Positions 9,652 to 18,199 are shown, numbered from the stretch's first letter. The stretch is DNA of 64,000 bases from an uncultured Ignavibacteriaceae bacterium (GCA_964412105.1 CAYPNM010000006.1:28233-92232); one strand, 5' to 3'. A program made the numbers and translations. Notes: a model not told the origin generated them from the letters alone.

Positions 9652-10326
9652 TTATAATCCATAATAAACTTTGCTTTGATCCACTTTATATTTTGCCTCA
9701 TATTTACGTTTCAGCATTCCATATTTATTAGCCACTGCAACTATAATTCCATCTTCACTTATTTTCTTATCCAGTTTATCTTTTATAAAATTTCGTTCTT
9801 CATTAGCTTTATCGCAGTTGCAGATTTCCAGCGAATCTTTACAAGCACCGCATGAGCACACAAACTTGTTTGCAATATCAGTCACTCTACTGTCAGTATT
9901 TACGTTTGCGGCCAGGGTATTATAATTATTCTGTGAAGGGAGTTTAACATTATTATATCCTTCTGTCTTTGGCATAGATTTGAAAACAAGAAACACAAAT
10001 AATGCAAGAACAGCAGTAACAACTATCTTATGCTTTTTTATTTCATGAAACAAATTCAGATTATTTTGTACGTTTATGTTGTTCCTGATTCTTTTGGATC
10101 GTTTGTTTCTGTTTTTACTAGAAGAATTATGTGAGTGGTTGTTATGCCTCTGTGTTAAATTATTTCCACATTTCACACAAAAATTACTTGTGTTTTCATT
10201 TTCAGTTCCGCAATTGGGACATGAAATTGAATTATTGTTTTGTATTAATTCAGAACCGCAGTTTGTACAAAAACTGCTTTCTTTATAATTATCTGTATTA
10301 CATTTATGACATTTCATTATTCGCAC
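9652..10326 (-). CDS. fusion protein: double zinc-ribbon N-terminus, one TM helix, CcmH/NrfF-like CxxC domain at the C-terminus
   Basis: CHKCNTDN..CTNCGSEL and CPNCGTEN..CVKCGNNL zinc ribbons, followed by a TM helix (VVTAVLALFVFLVF). The segment CSCGACKDSLEICNCDKANEERNFIKDKL..ISEDGIIVAVANKYG aligns by eye to E. coli CcmH LRCPKCQNNSIADSNS..DLR....S..EIVDYMVARYG. Confidence 0.6.
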   Translation of the reverse strand: MRIMKCHKCNTDNYKESSFCTNCGSELIQNNNSISCPNCGTENENTSNFCVKCGNNLTQRHNNHSHNSSSKNRNKRSKRIRNNINVQNNLNLFHEIKKHKIVVTAVLALFVFLVFKSMPKTEGYNNVKLPSQNNYNTLAANVNTDSRVTDIANKFVCSCGACKDSLEICNCDKANEERNFIKDKLDKKISEDGIIVAVANKYGMLKRKYEAKYKVDQSKVYYGL

Positions 10327-10355
10327 TCCGATTAATTAGAAGTTGATAATTAATC

Positions 10356-10379
10356 AGCCCGGACCATCAAGACCGGGCT
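10356..10379 (-). terminator. possible terminator hairpin after the Met-rich gene
   Basis: 7-bp stem AGCCCGG / CCGGGCT with a 10-nt loop. The T-run on the minus strand is poor. Confidence 0.4.
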
Positions 10380-10395
10380 TTATTTAATTGAATAA

Positions 10396-10881
10396 TTACT
10401 TTTTGTCCAGCTTAAGATTATTCTCCTTTTGAAGGTAGTTCATCATCGACTGGTAATTGTTCATCATTGAGCCAAAGTTTTTCATCATGGAATTCATATG
10501 CCCGTGCAGACTTTTGTTTCCCATTAATTCGTTGTTGTTCATCATCTCATTCATTTGACCGGCCATTGAATTCATATACTTTCCCATTTGCTCCATATTA
10601 TTCATATAGGACATCATTGCTTGTGAGTGGTGCATTTGTCCCATATTCTGGTTCATTTGTGCCATCATAGCAACCATTTCACCGTACATCTGGTTCATAT
10701 TAGTCATCATATTCTGCATGTTCATCATATGTCCACCCATCATACCTTGGTGGTTCATCATTCCCCCGTTCATCATTCCGCTGGTGCTGTCCTGTGCATT
10801 TGATGTGAGTGTAAATGCAAAAGCAAAAACAATTGCAATGAACAGTTTACTGAAAATGTTTTTTACAAATTGCTGTAACAT
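10396..10881 (-). CDS. secreted methionine/asparagine/histidine-rich protein, candidate periplasmic Cu(I)/Ag(I) binder
   Basis: AAGGAG 8 nt upstream of the ATG at 10881. Signal peptide ..FTLTSNAQ. The mature part holds about 37 Met in about 130 residues by my count, 6 His and no Cys (MMNGGMMNHQGMMGGHMMNMQNMM...). Confidence 0.7.
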   Translation of the reverse strand: MLQQFVKNIFSKLFIAIVFAFAFTLTSNAQDSTSGMMNGGMMNHQGMMGGHMMNMQNMMTNMNQMYGEMVAMMAQMNQNMGQMHHSQAMMSYMNNMEQMGKYMNSMAGQMNEMMNNNELMGNKSLHGHMNSMMKNFGSMMNNYQSMMNYLQKENNLKLDKK

Positions 10882-11177
10882 CGTCTCAACTCCTTTTAAT
10901 ATTACTGATTGCATTACTTTATCAACTATATCCTGAAATTTGTAATGTTATTATTTAGTTATATATCCTTTAATGAGATACAAAAATATCTGTGTCAATC
11001 TTCTAGTGATCAATGAGCTTTTCTTATAGTTTATTATCAAAACGTACTTTCTCTTTATATAATTAAATTAACTTCAACAAGTATTTTACGCGTTACATTT
11101 TTTTATTTTTCTTTCATATAATTTGTATCTCATTCATAGACACTTCATTACTCTTAATCCTTTAGGAAATGTTCTCA

Positions 11178-11540
11178 CTATTTTACCTTAAATCCCGCCT
11201 TGATAAGAGTATCCTTTGCCTTCTTTAATGAAACCTCTTTTAATTTCATTCCGCACAGGGGGCATTTACCTGGTTTGTCGGAAATAACATTGTAATCCAT
11301 CATATCCTGAAAAACCTTTCCATCTTTATTTTCATCAATAGCATTAAGATCTATTACGCCTTTGCGTACAATAGAGTTCCCATCATCTTGCATCTTATGT
11401 GCAGAGTCTCTCATAGTTTCCATATTCCTTTTTTCGTGATTCATTGTGGAATCTGCCTTTTCCTGCGCAAATGAAAACGCAGTTAAAAAGAAAGAAAGGG
11501 AAAATGTTATTATTAAAGTCTTTCCAATTTTGTTTGACAT
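11178..11540 (-). CDS. secreted heavy-metal-binding-domain protein (CPxCGM module)
   Basis: AAGGA upstream of the ATG at 11540. Signal peptide ..FSFAQE. The C-terminal segment GVIDLNAIDENKDGKVFQDMMDYNVISDKPGKCPLCGMKLKEV is paralogous to the C-terminus of the adjacent CusB-like protein. Confidence 0.75.
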   Translation of the reverse strand: MSNKIGKTLIITFSLSFFLTAFSFAQEKADSTMNHEKRNMETMRDSAHKMQDDGNSIVRKGVIDLNAIDENKDGKVFQDMMDYNVISDKPGKCPLCGMKLKEVSLKKAKDTLIKAGFKVK

Positions 11541-11565
11541 TTTTGTTATTCCTTTTGTTATATTT

Positions 11566-11907
11566 TTATAGATTTTGAAGATCATTTACTTCGCCGGTTT
11601 TAATTCGTACAGCCTTTTCAACAGGAGTAACGAATATCCAGCCATCACCTCTTTGGCCAGTATGAGCGTATTTTGAAATTACACTTACTAATTTGTCGCT
11701 GTCTTCGGCATTACATATAAGCTCAATTTTAACAACCTTAGAGTACTTCTGAACATATTCAATAGAAAAACTGAATGCTTCTGAATCGGCCCATTCTGCT
11801 AATGCGTTAGCGTCAAGCAGAGTCATACCTTTTACGCCAGCTTCTTCCAGTTTCTCAATTACTATATCGGCTTTGTCGTGCCTGATATATGCTGTGATCT
11901 CTTTCAT
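11566..11907 (-). CDS. PII-superfamily protein, metal-efflux-associated type (PII-NG-like)
   Basis: 113 aa. MKEITAYIRHDK.. at the start and HTGQRGDGWIFVTPVEKAVRIKTGE at the end match the PII consensus TGxxGDGKIFV..V....RIRTGE. The T-loop is non-canonical. The start lies 1 nt after the cusA stop (TAAAATG). Confidence 0.8.
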   Translation of the reverse strand: MKEITAYIRHDKADIVIEKLEEAGVKGMTLLDANALAEWADSEAFSFSIEYVQKYSKVVKIELICNAEDSDKLVSVISKYAHTGQRGDGWIFVTPVEKAVRIKTGEVNDLQNL

Positions 11908-11908
11908 T

Positions 11909-14900
11909 TTAATCCCTCTCCTGATTGTTGCTGATAAGTTTTAATACTTGTTTTTTCTTTATCACATAAAATATCGCGGGATAGAAGGCCAGTTGGATTA
12001 TAAGTGCAGTAATTATTCCCCCGAACATCGGTGCCGCGATTCTTTTCATTACATCTGAACCGGAACCGTGCCCGATAAGGATCGGCAACAAACCTAGAAG
12101 CAGAACAGAAACCGTCATCACAACAGGGCGTATTCTTCTGACAGCGCCTTGAAAGATTGCTTCTTTTAATTTTTCAAGAGAAGTGAGCAATCCCTCCTTT
12201 TTCATATTTTCATAGGCGATTTCAAGGTATAATAACATCACTACACCCATTTCAGCACTCACACCAAGTAATGCAATTATACCGACCCAGACAGCAACGC
12301 TCAAATGATATCCTGCAAGATATAAGAACCAGGTCGCACCGACCATTGAAAACGGGAGAGCCAACACGATTATACCCGTATTAATAAATGACTTTGTATT
12401 GAAGTAAAGGAGAAGCAATACAATCAATAATGTAAGCGGAAGAACCATAGCAAGTTTCTTTGCAGCTCTTTCCATATATTCATATTGTCCGCTCCATATT
12501 AGTGAATACCCCTGAGGAAGTTTAATTTTTTGAGCAATAATTTTTTGTGCATTCTCTACATAAGTTCCGACATCTATATCTTTCAAGTCGATATAAACCC
12601 ATGCATTCGGCCTCGCGTCCTCTGATTTAATAACCGGCGGACCCTTACGAATTATAACATCGCCAAGTTCCTCGAGTGGAATATTTCCGCCTCCGGGCAA
12701 TGGGACCAATACCCGTTTCAATGCTTCGATATTATCACGGTAATCCCGCTGATAACGCAGATTAACAGGGTAGCGTTCAAGTCCTTCTACCGTTTGAGTA
12801 ATGTTCATTCCGCCAACAGCTGACATAAATACATTTTGAACATCGGCAATTGTGAGTCCGTATCTCGCAATTGCGTTCCTGTCTATGTTGAAGTCTACGT
12901 AATTCCCACCGGCAGATCTTTCAGCGTAGACAGAACGCGTACCAGGTATTGTTCTGGTTACTTCCTCAATTCTTTTCCCAATATCCTGAAGTACATTTAG
13001 ATCCGGACCTGCAATCTTAATTCCTACAGGAGTTTTAATTCCTGTTGAAAGCATGTCAATTCTTGTTTTGATCGGCATCGTCCAGGCATTTGTAAGGCCA
13101 GGGATTTTTACAGCTTTATCCAGTTCATCAACGAGTTTTTCGCGTGTCATTCCTTCCGGCCATTCATCTTCGGGTTTTAATTGAATGGTAGTTTCAATCA
13201 TTGAAAGCGGTGCCGGGTCTGTGGCTGTTTCTGCACGACCAACTTTCCCGAAAACAGTTTTAACTTCAGGAAATGTTTTTATAATTTTATCTGTTTGCTG
13301 CAGCAATTCTTTTGCTTTGGTTATAGAAATTCCCGGTAGTGTTGTAGGCATATAAAGCAGGTCGCCTTCGTATAAAGGCGGCATAAATTCAGAGCCCAAT
13401 TTTGAAAATGGTATATAGCTGCCGATAACAATTAATAATGAAAGAATTATTACCCACCATCTTCTCTTCAAAACAAAGTCAACGATTGGATGATAAACAT
13501 TCATTAAAAATCTGGTAATAGGGTTGCTTTCTTCCTTTTTCATTTTACCGCGAATAAAATAGCCCATTAAAACAGGAACAATTGTAATTGCAAGAATAGC
13601 ACCTGCTGCCATCGAATAAGTCTTGGTAAAGGCCAGGGGTTTAAATAATCTTCCTTCCTGCGCTTCGAGTGTGAATACAGGAATAAATGAAACTGTTATC
13701 ACAAGGAGAGAATAGAAGATTGAAGGACCGACCTCTTTTGAAGATTCAAGAATCACTGCCCAATGGGGTTTTCGTTTATCTTCAGGTAAAAGCTGGTTAT
13801 GCAGAATATGTGTGTGCGAGTTTTCCACCATAATTATTGCTGCGTCCACCATTGCACCTATTGCAATTGCAATTCCTCCAAGAGACATTATATTTGCATT
13901 CAGTCCCTGAAATTTCATCACGAGAAGTGCCGCAAGTACAGCCGTAGGCAGTGTGAAAATTGCAACAAGGGAACTCCTGAAGTGAAGAAGAAAGAGAATA
14001 ATTATCAGAGCAACGATAAGACCTTCTTCAAGAAGTTTGTCGCTGAGGTTGTCCACAGCTTTGTGTATAAGTTCGCTTCGATCGTAAACAGGAACGATCT
14101 TTACATCGGAGGGGAGAGAAGCCCGCAACTCTTTTAATCTTTGCTTTACTCTATTAATTACCGCAAGTCCGTTTTCACCGTAACGTTGAATAATAATTCC
14201 CCCTACCACTTCTCCTTCACCATCTAAATCTGCTATACCTCTTCTTAACTCGGGACCGATATCAATGTGGGCAACATCTTTAAGGTAAACAGGCGTACCG
14301 GTGCTTTGATTTGTGCCAATTGCAATGTCCTTGAGATCATCAACGTTTTTAATATAACCCAGCCCTCTGACCATAAACTCAGTTTCTCCCATTTCCATTA
14401 AACGGCCGCCAACATCGTTATTGCTTTGCTTTATTGCCATTTTAACTTTACTAAGAGAAATGTTGTAAGAAGCTAATTTGGTCGGATCAACATTTACCTG
14501 GTACTGTTTGACAAAACCGCCTACGCTTGCAACTTCAGAGACACCCGGGATTGCAGAAAGTTCATATTTTAGAAACCAGTCCTGGATGGATCTTAATTCC
14601 TGTAAGCTCCTAGTGTTGGACTTTAAAGCGTATTCATAAACCCAGCCAAGTCCTGTTGCATCGGGCCCAAGTTCAGGTGATACACCTTCAGGAAGTGAAC
14701 TTCTCATTGAGTTGAGATATTCAAGAACACGGCTTCTAGCCCAGTAAAGATCAGTTCCATCCTCAAAAATTATGTAGACCATCGAAAACCCAAAGAACGA
14801 GTAACCTCTTACATCTTTTGCGTAAGGAACGGAAAGCATTTTAGATGTAAGCGGGTATGTTACCTGATCTTCAACTATCTGTGGACCCTGTCCCGGATAT

Positions 14901-15085
14901 TTAGTAAATATAATTACCTGTACATCGCTCAGATCAGGTATGGCGTCTACTGCTGTGTTTTTAATTGCCCATATCCCGCCGAATATCAATGCTGTGGTTA
15001 AGAGGATAACTAATATTTTATTATTAATTGACCACTCTATTATTTTGGCAATTATTCCGTCTTTTGCTGGATTATTTGTTGTCAT
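11909..15085 (-). CDS. cusA: heavy-metal efflux RND pump, CusA-type (Cu/Ag)
   Basis: 1058 aa with 12-TM RND architecture. WTMPIKTRIDMLSTGIKTPVGIKIAGPDL matches the monovalent-cation (CusA) HME subgroup. Confidence 0.92.
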   Translation of the reverse strand: MTTNNPAKDGIIAKIIEWSINNKILVILLTTALIFGGIWAIKNTAVDAIPDLSDVQVIIFTKYPGQGPQIVEDQVTYPLTSKMLSVPYAKDVRGYSFFGFSMVYIIFEDGTDLYWARSRVLEYLNSMRSSLPEGVSPELGPDATGLGWVYEYALKSNTRSLQELRSIQDWFLKYELSAIPGVSEVASVGGFVKQYQVNVDPTKLASYNISLSKVKMAIKQSNNDVGGRLMEMGETEFMVRGLGYIKNVDDLKDIAIGTNQSTGTPVYLKDVAHIDIGPELRRGIADLDGEGEVVGGIIIQRYGENGLAVINRVKQRLKELRASLPSDVKIVPVYDRSELIHKAVDNLSDKLLEEGLIVALIIILFLLHFRSSLVAIFTLPTAVLAALLVMKFQGLNANIMSLGGIAIAIGAMVDAAIIMVENSHTHILHNQLLPEDKRKPHWAVILESSKEVGPSIFYSLLVITVSFIPVFTLEAQEGRLFKPLAFTKTYSMAAGAILAITIVPVLMGYFIRGKMKKEESNPITRFLMNVYHPIVDFVLKRRWWVIILSLLIVIGSYIPFSKLGSEFMPPLYEGDLLYMPTTLPGISITKAKELLQQTDKIIKTFPEVKTVFGKVGRAETATDPAPLSMIETTIQLKPEDEWPEGMTREKLVDELDKAVKIPGLTNAWTMPIKTRIDMLSTGIKTPVGIKIAGPDLNVLQDIGKRIEEVTRTIPGTRSVYAERSAGGNYVDFNIDRNAIARYGLTIADVQNVFMSAVGGMNITQTVEGLERYPVNLRYQRDYRDNIEALKRVLVPLPGGGNIPLEELGDVIIRKGPPVIKSEDARPNAWVYIDLKDIDVGTYVENAQKIIAQKIKLPQGYSLIWSGQYEYMERAAKKLAMVLPLTLLIVLLLLYFNTKSFINTGIIVLALPFSMVGATWFLYLAGYHLSVAVWVGIIALLGVSAEMGVVMLLYLEIAYENMKKEGLLTSLEKLKEAIFQGAVRRIRPVVMTVSVLLLGLLPILIGHGSGSDVMKRIAAPMFGGIITALIIQLAFYPAIFYVIKKKQVLKLISNNQERD

Positions 15086-15120
15086 TTAATTTCTCCAAAA
15101 TTTCTTATTCAGTAACTATT

Positions 15121-15206
15121 ACCCTAAACTTGTTTCAGGGTCTCATCAATTTTTAAGAAAGATTCCGAAACAAGCCCGCCTATTAGCAGACAGGTTCGGA
15201 ATGACG
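15121..15206. repeat. REP-like intercistronic element made of two inverted hairpin units
   Basis: ACCCTAAACTTGTTTCAGGGTCTCAT, and in inverse orientation GATTCCGAAACAAG[19-nt insert]GTTCGGAATGACG. It sits in the 131-bp gap between cusB and cusA. Confidence 0.6.
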
Positions 15207-15216
15207 ATTCGTCTTA

Positions 15217-16776
15217 TCATCTCTTATATTCAAAACCGTGTTCGGTTAAATTCTTCTCAACTTCTTTAATAGTGAATTCTTTTAATGTCATTCCGCAAAT
15301 CGGACATTCTCCAGGTTTATCCGAAATAACATTCCAGTCCATAATGTCTTCGTAAAGCTTTCCATCTTTATTTTTATCGATTGCAGAAAGATCAATAACG
15401 CCTTTTCTTATCCTTTGATCTTTAATTTCGGAATCTTCTTTTTTGCTCATATCTTTCATAGAACCTGATTTTTCGGAATCCATTTTCATGGTTGTATCTT
15501 TTTTCTCTGCACCGAACTGCGATAATGCTGCTCTAAGATTGCTTTCGGAATCGATCAGGAATTGGGCTGAAGTTACTATTGTATTACCAGCATTTACTCC
15601 GTTAAGAACCTGATAGTAACCATCTGAATAATCGCCAAGCTTAACTTCAACGGGTTTGAATTTCCCGTCGCCCAGAGCAAGAATTACGATATCTTTTTGC
15701 CCTGTACGAAGGACGGCCTGTTCAGGAATAACCGGATAATCACCAAGGTTTTTTCCGTTAATAACTATATTAGCAAACATCGAAGGTTTTAGCTGGCCAT
15801 TGTAGTTCGGCATATCAAATCTTACTTTTACAGTCCTTGTTTTATCATCAAGAGTAGGATAGATAAAAGATATTTTGCTTTTAAATGTTTTTCCAGGCAG
15901 GAATGTAAATGTAATGTCAGCAGGCGATCCTAATTGTATCTTTGGTAATTCGTATTCGTAGATGTCTGCTAACAACCATAGATTATCCAGGTTTGCTATT
16001 TTCAACAGCGGAGTACCCGCGCCTATTTTTTGTCCTTCAATTACATTTTTATGAATTACTGTTCCGTCGAATGGAGCATAAAGCGTAACATATTTTTTTA
16101 TTTCTTTTGTGTTCTCTATTCTTTTGATCTCAGAATCAGGGACATCCAACAACTGGAGTTTTCTTACACTGTTATCTATAAGATCTTTGCCGCTTCCGGC
16201 GATACTTTTATCGCTGCTATTCATTACTGAATAACCGTAAGAAAGGGCGGTAATCAGTTCCTGCTGTGCAGCAACAAGCTCCGGTGAATAAATGTCGATC
16301 AACTTCTGACCTTTCTTAACCTTTTGCCCGGTATAGTTAACATAAAGTTTTTCGACCCATCCGCTGACTTTTGTATTAACTATATATTCTTTCTGTTCGT
16401 CAGTCTGAAGAATACCGTTTGTAATTACCTGCGAGCTTAGATTTTTCGTTTCAACTTTTGCAGTTTTAACATTCATGTTCTGCTGAACAGCTCCGCTAAT
16501 TGTTACAATTCCACCTCCTGAAGCCTCATCTTCATATACAGGTACCAAGTCCATTCCCATTTTTGATTTGCCGGGATGATCATAAACTTCGCTTGGATTC
16601 ATCGGTGCACGCCAGTGTAGTATCTTTCTTTCTTTTTGAGCCGTTTGATTTATATTGTTATTCGTATTGGCTGTACTACTACCCGATTTATTTAGCCAGA
16701 GAAACATCAGCACTGCTATTATTACTATGAGTATTCCGATTATAATGTTTTGCGTTTTCACTTTATTATTCTCCAA
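15217..16776 (-). CDS. cusB: efflux RND periplasmic adaptor (CusB-like) with an extra C-terminal CPxCGM metal-binding module
   Basis: HWRAPMNPSEVYDHPGKSKMGMDLVPVYE N-terminal metal-site motif, followed by barrel-sandwich/beta-barrel MFP regions. The C-terminal segment is GVIDLSAIDKNKDGKLYEDIMDWNVISDKPGECPICGMTLKEF. Confidence 0.9.
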   Translation of the reverse strand: MENNKVKTQNIIIGILIVIIAVLMFLWLNKSGSSTANTNNNINQTAQKERKILHWRAPMNPSEVYDHPGKSKMGMDLVPVYEDEASGGGIVTISGAVQQNMNVKTAKVETKNLSSQVITNGILQTDEQKEYIVNTKVSGWVEKLYVNYTGQKVKKGQKLIDIYSPELVAAQQELITALSYGYSVMNSSDKSIAGSGKDLIDNSVRKLQLLDVPDSEIKRIENTKEIKKYVTLYAPFDGTVIHKNVIEGQKIGAGTPLLKIANLDNLWLLADIYEYELPKIQLGSPADITFTFLPGKTFKSKISFIYPTLDDKTRTVKVRFDMPNYNGQLKPSMFANIVINGKNLGDYPVIPEQAVLRTGQKDIVILALGDGKFKPVEVKLGDYSDGYYQVLNGVNAGNTIVTSAQFLIDSESNLRAALSQFGAEKKDTTMKMDSEKSGSMKDMSKKEDSEIKDQRIRKGVIDLSAIDKNKDGKLYEDIMDWNVISDKPGECPICGMTLKEFTIKEVEKNLTEHGFEYKR

Positions 16777-16792
16777 AATTATTTACTTAATT

Positions 16793-18067
16793 CTACCTAC
16801 CGGCAGGCAGGCCTGTACCTGTTAAAAATACTAATTCAGCTATCTTTTTGAGATAATCTGTTTTTAATTTGTATAGATTAGTCTCAATCCTGTATAGCTG
16901 ATTTTGTGCGTCTATTACATTTATAAAATCGACTTTATTAACCTGATAGCTGGAAAGCGCTGAACTCAGATTTTGATGTGCCTGTGGAAGCAGACCTGTT
17001 TCGAATAAGTTGATTCTGTCTTTTATTGAATTAAGATCAGTAACAGCAGTCCCGAACATTCCATCAAGGTTCTGAATTGCATTATAATACTGCTCCGAGT
17101 AAAGTTCCTGAATAGAAGTTGCTTCCTGGACTTTAGAAGAAATTTTTCCACCGTAATTTATTGGCAACGAAATACCCACTGAGAATGAAAGAAAATCAGC
17201 CTGATCCATACCCGTTTTCTCGAGTGTACCTCTTTGGCCATATTGAACACCGAGAGTAAAATTCGGTAGATAATCTTTTTCAGCAACTCTTTGTTTTAGC
17301 CTTCCTTTTTGCTGCGCAAGTTGGATTCCCTGCAGGAAAGGCCTGTTCGCCCTTGCTAATGAATCAAGCTGTTTTACAGTAACATTGATCGTCTTTATTG
17401 AATCGAAAGTTTCAGTATAAACGGGTGTGCCCGCATCCTGCAAAAGCAGCGCATTTAAGCCTGAAAGTACGGAACCTTCCATGCTTTTCAGATTTTCTAT
17501 TTTATCTATAATATTTGTTATTTCTAATTGAACTTTTATAAGGTTTTGCTGGCTTGCTGTTGATACAGAGTACTTTGTGCTTACCACCTGTGAAATTTTC
17601 TCAAGTAAATTTTTACTTTCTCCAGCATATTCGATGCTTTTTTTGAAAAAGCTTAGTGAATAATATTTCTCACAAACGTTTTTTTTAATTTCGTTCTCAG
17701 CATCCTGTATTTCTTTATCAATTATAAGAGTATCTACTGCAGCTGCATCTTCCATGGCAGATAATTTGCCCGGAAATGGAATTGTTTGCTGAAGGCCAAT
17801 TACTTTTTGTGTCATGGGTTCCTGGTCGAATGAAAAGGAATTTGTCGGCATATTCATCAAACCGAGCATCAGCATAGGGTTCGGCAAATTAGAAACCTGC
17901 GGGATTTGATTCTCCGCAACATTTCTTTTGGCGCGCAGCATTTTAAGTTTTGGGCTTACCAGGATGGCTTTATTAATAAGGGAATCCAACTGTGCCGTCT
18001 GTGCATAAAGATTGTTTATGCATGTCAGCGCAAAAGTTGCCAAGCCTATAAGAATTAATTTTTTCAT
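16793..18067 (-). CDS. cusC: TolC-family outer-membrane efflux protein (CusC-like)
   Basis: 424 aa with a signal peptide and a two-repeat coiled-coil/beta-barrel OEP pattern. It is immediately upstream of cusB (16-nt gap). Confidence 0.85.
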   Translation of the reverse strand: MKKLILIGLATFALTCINNLYAQTAQLDSLINKAILVSPKLKMLRAKRNVAENQIPQVSNLPNPMLMLGLMNMPTNSFSFDQEPMTQKVIGLQQTIPFPGKLSAMEDAAAVDTLIIDKEIQDAENEIKKNVCEKYYSLSFFKKSIEYAGESKNLLEKISQVVSTKYSVSTASQQNLIKVQLEITNIIDKIENLKSMEGSVLSGLNALLLQDAGTPVYTETFDSIKTINVTVKQLDSLARANRPFLQGIQLAQQKGRLKQRVAEKDYLPNFTLGVQYGQRGTLEKTGMDQADFLSFSVGISLPINYGGKISSKVQEATSIQELYSEQYYNAIQNLDGMFGTAVTDLNSIKDRINLFETGLLPQAHQNLSSALSSYQVNKVDFINVIDAQNQLYRIETNLYKLKTDYLKKIAELVFLTGTGLPAGR

Positions 18068-18199
18068 CTATTATCCTCAATAGTTTTATACGGTCATATT
18101 TTCAAAATCTTCTAAATCAAATGAATAAAAAGGATATAACAGCAGGATACCGGAAGGATAGAATTATCCTTGGAACCCGAATTATATTTTTAGGTAGTA

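Noticed and set aside
13799-14137. ORF-track entries lying antisense to or nested inside large genes. Examples: 2646-2876, 8636-8824, 9119-9313, 13799-14137, 16030-16730, 33088-33439, 45089-46407, 49519-50159, 52095-53303 and 53516-57236 (plus strand), and 32583-32816.
   Set aside because: Each lies wholly within a longer ORF that has strong family motifs. They have low-complexity or composition-driven sequences and no start-site signals, so I treat them as spurious.
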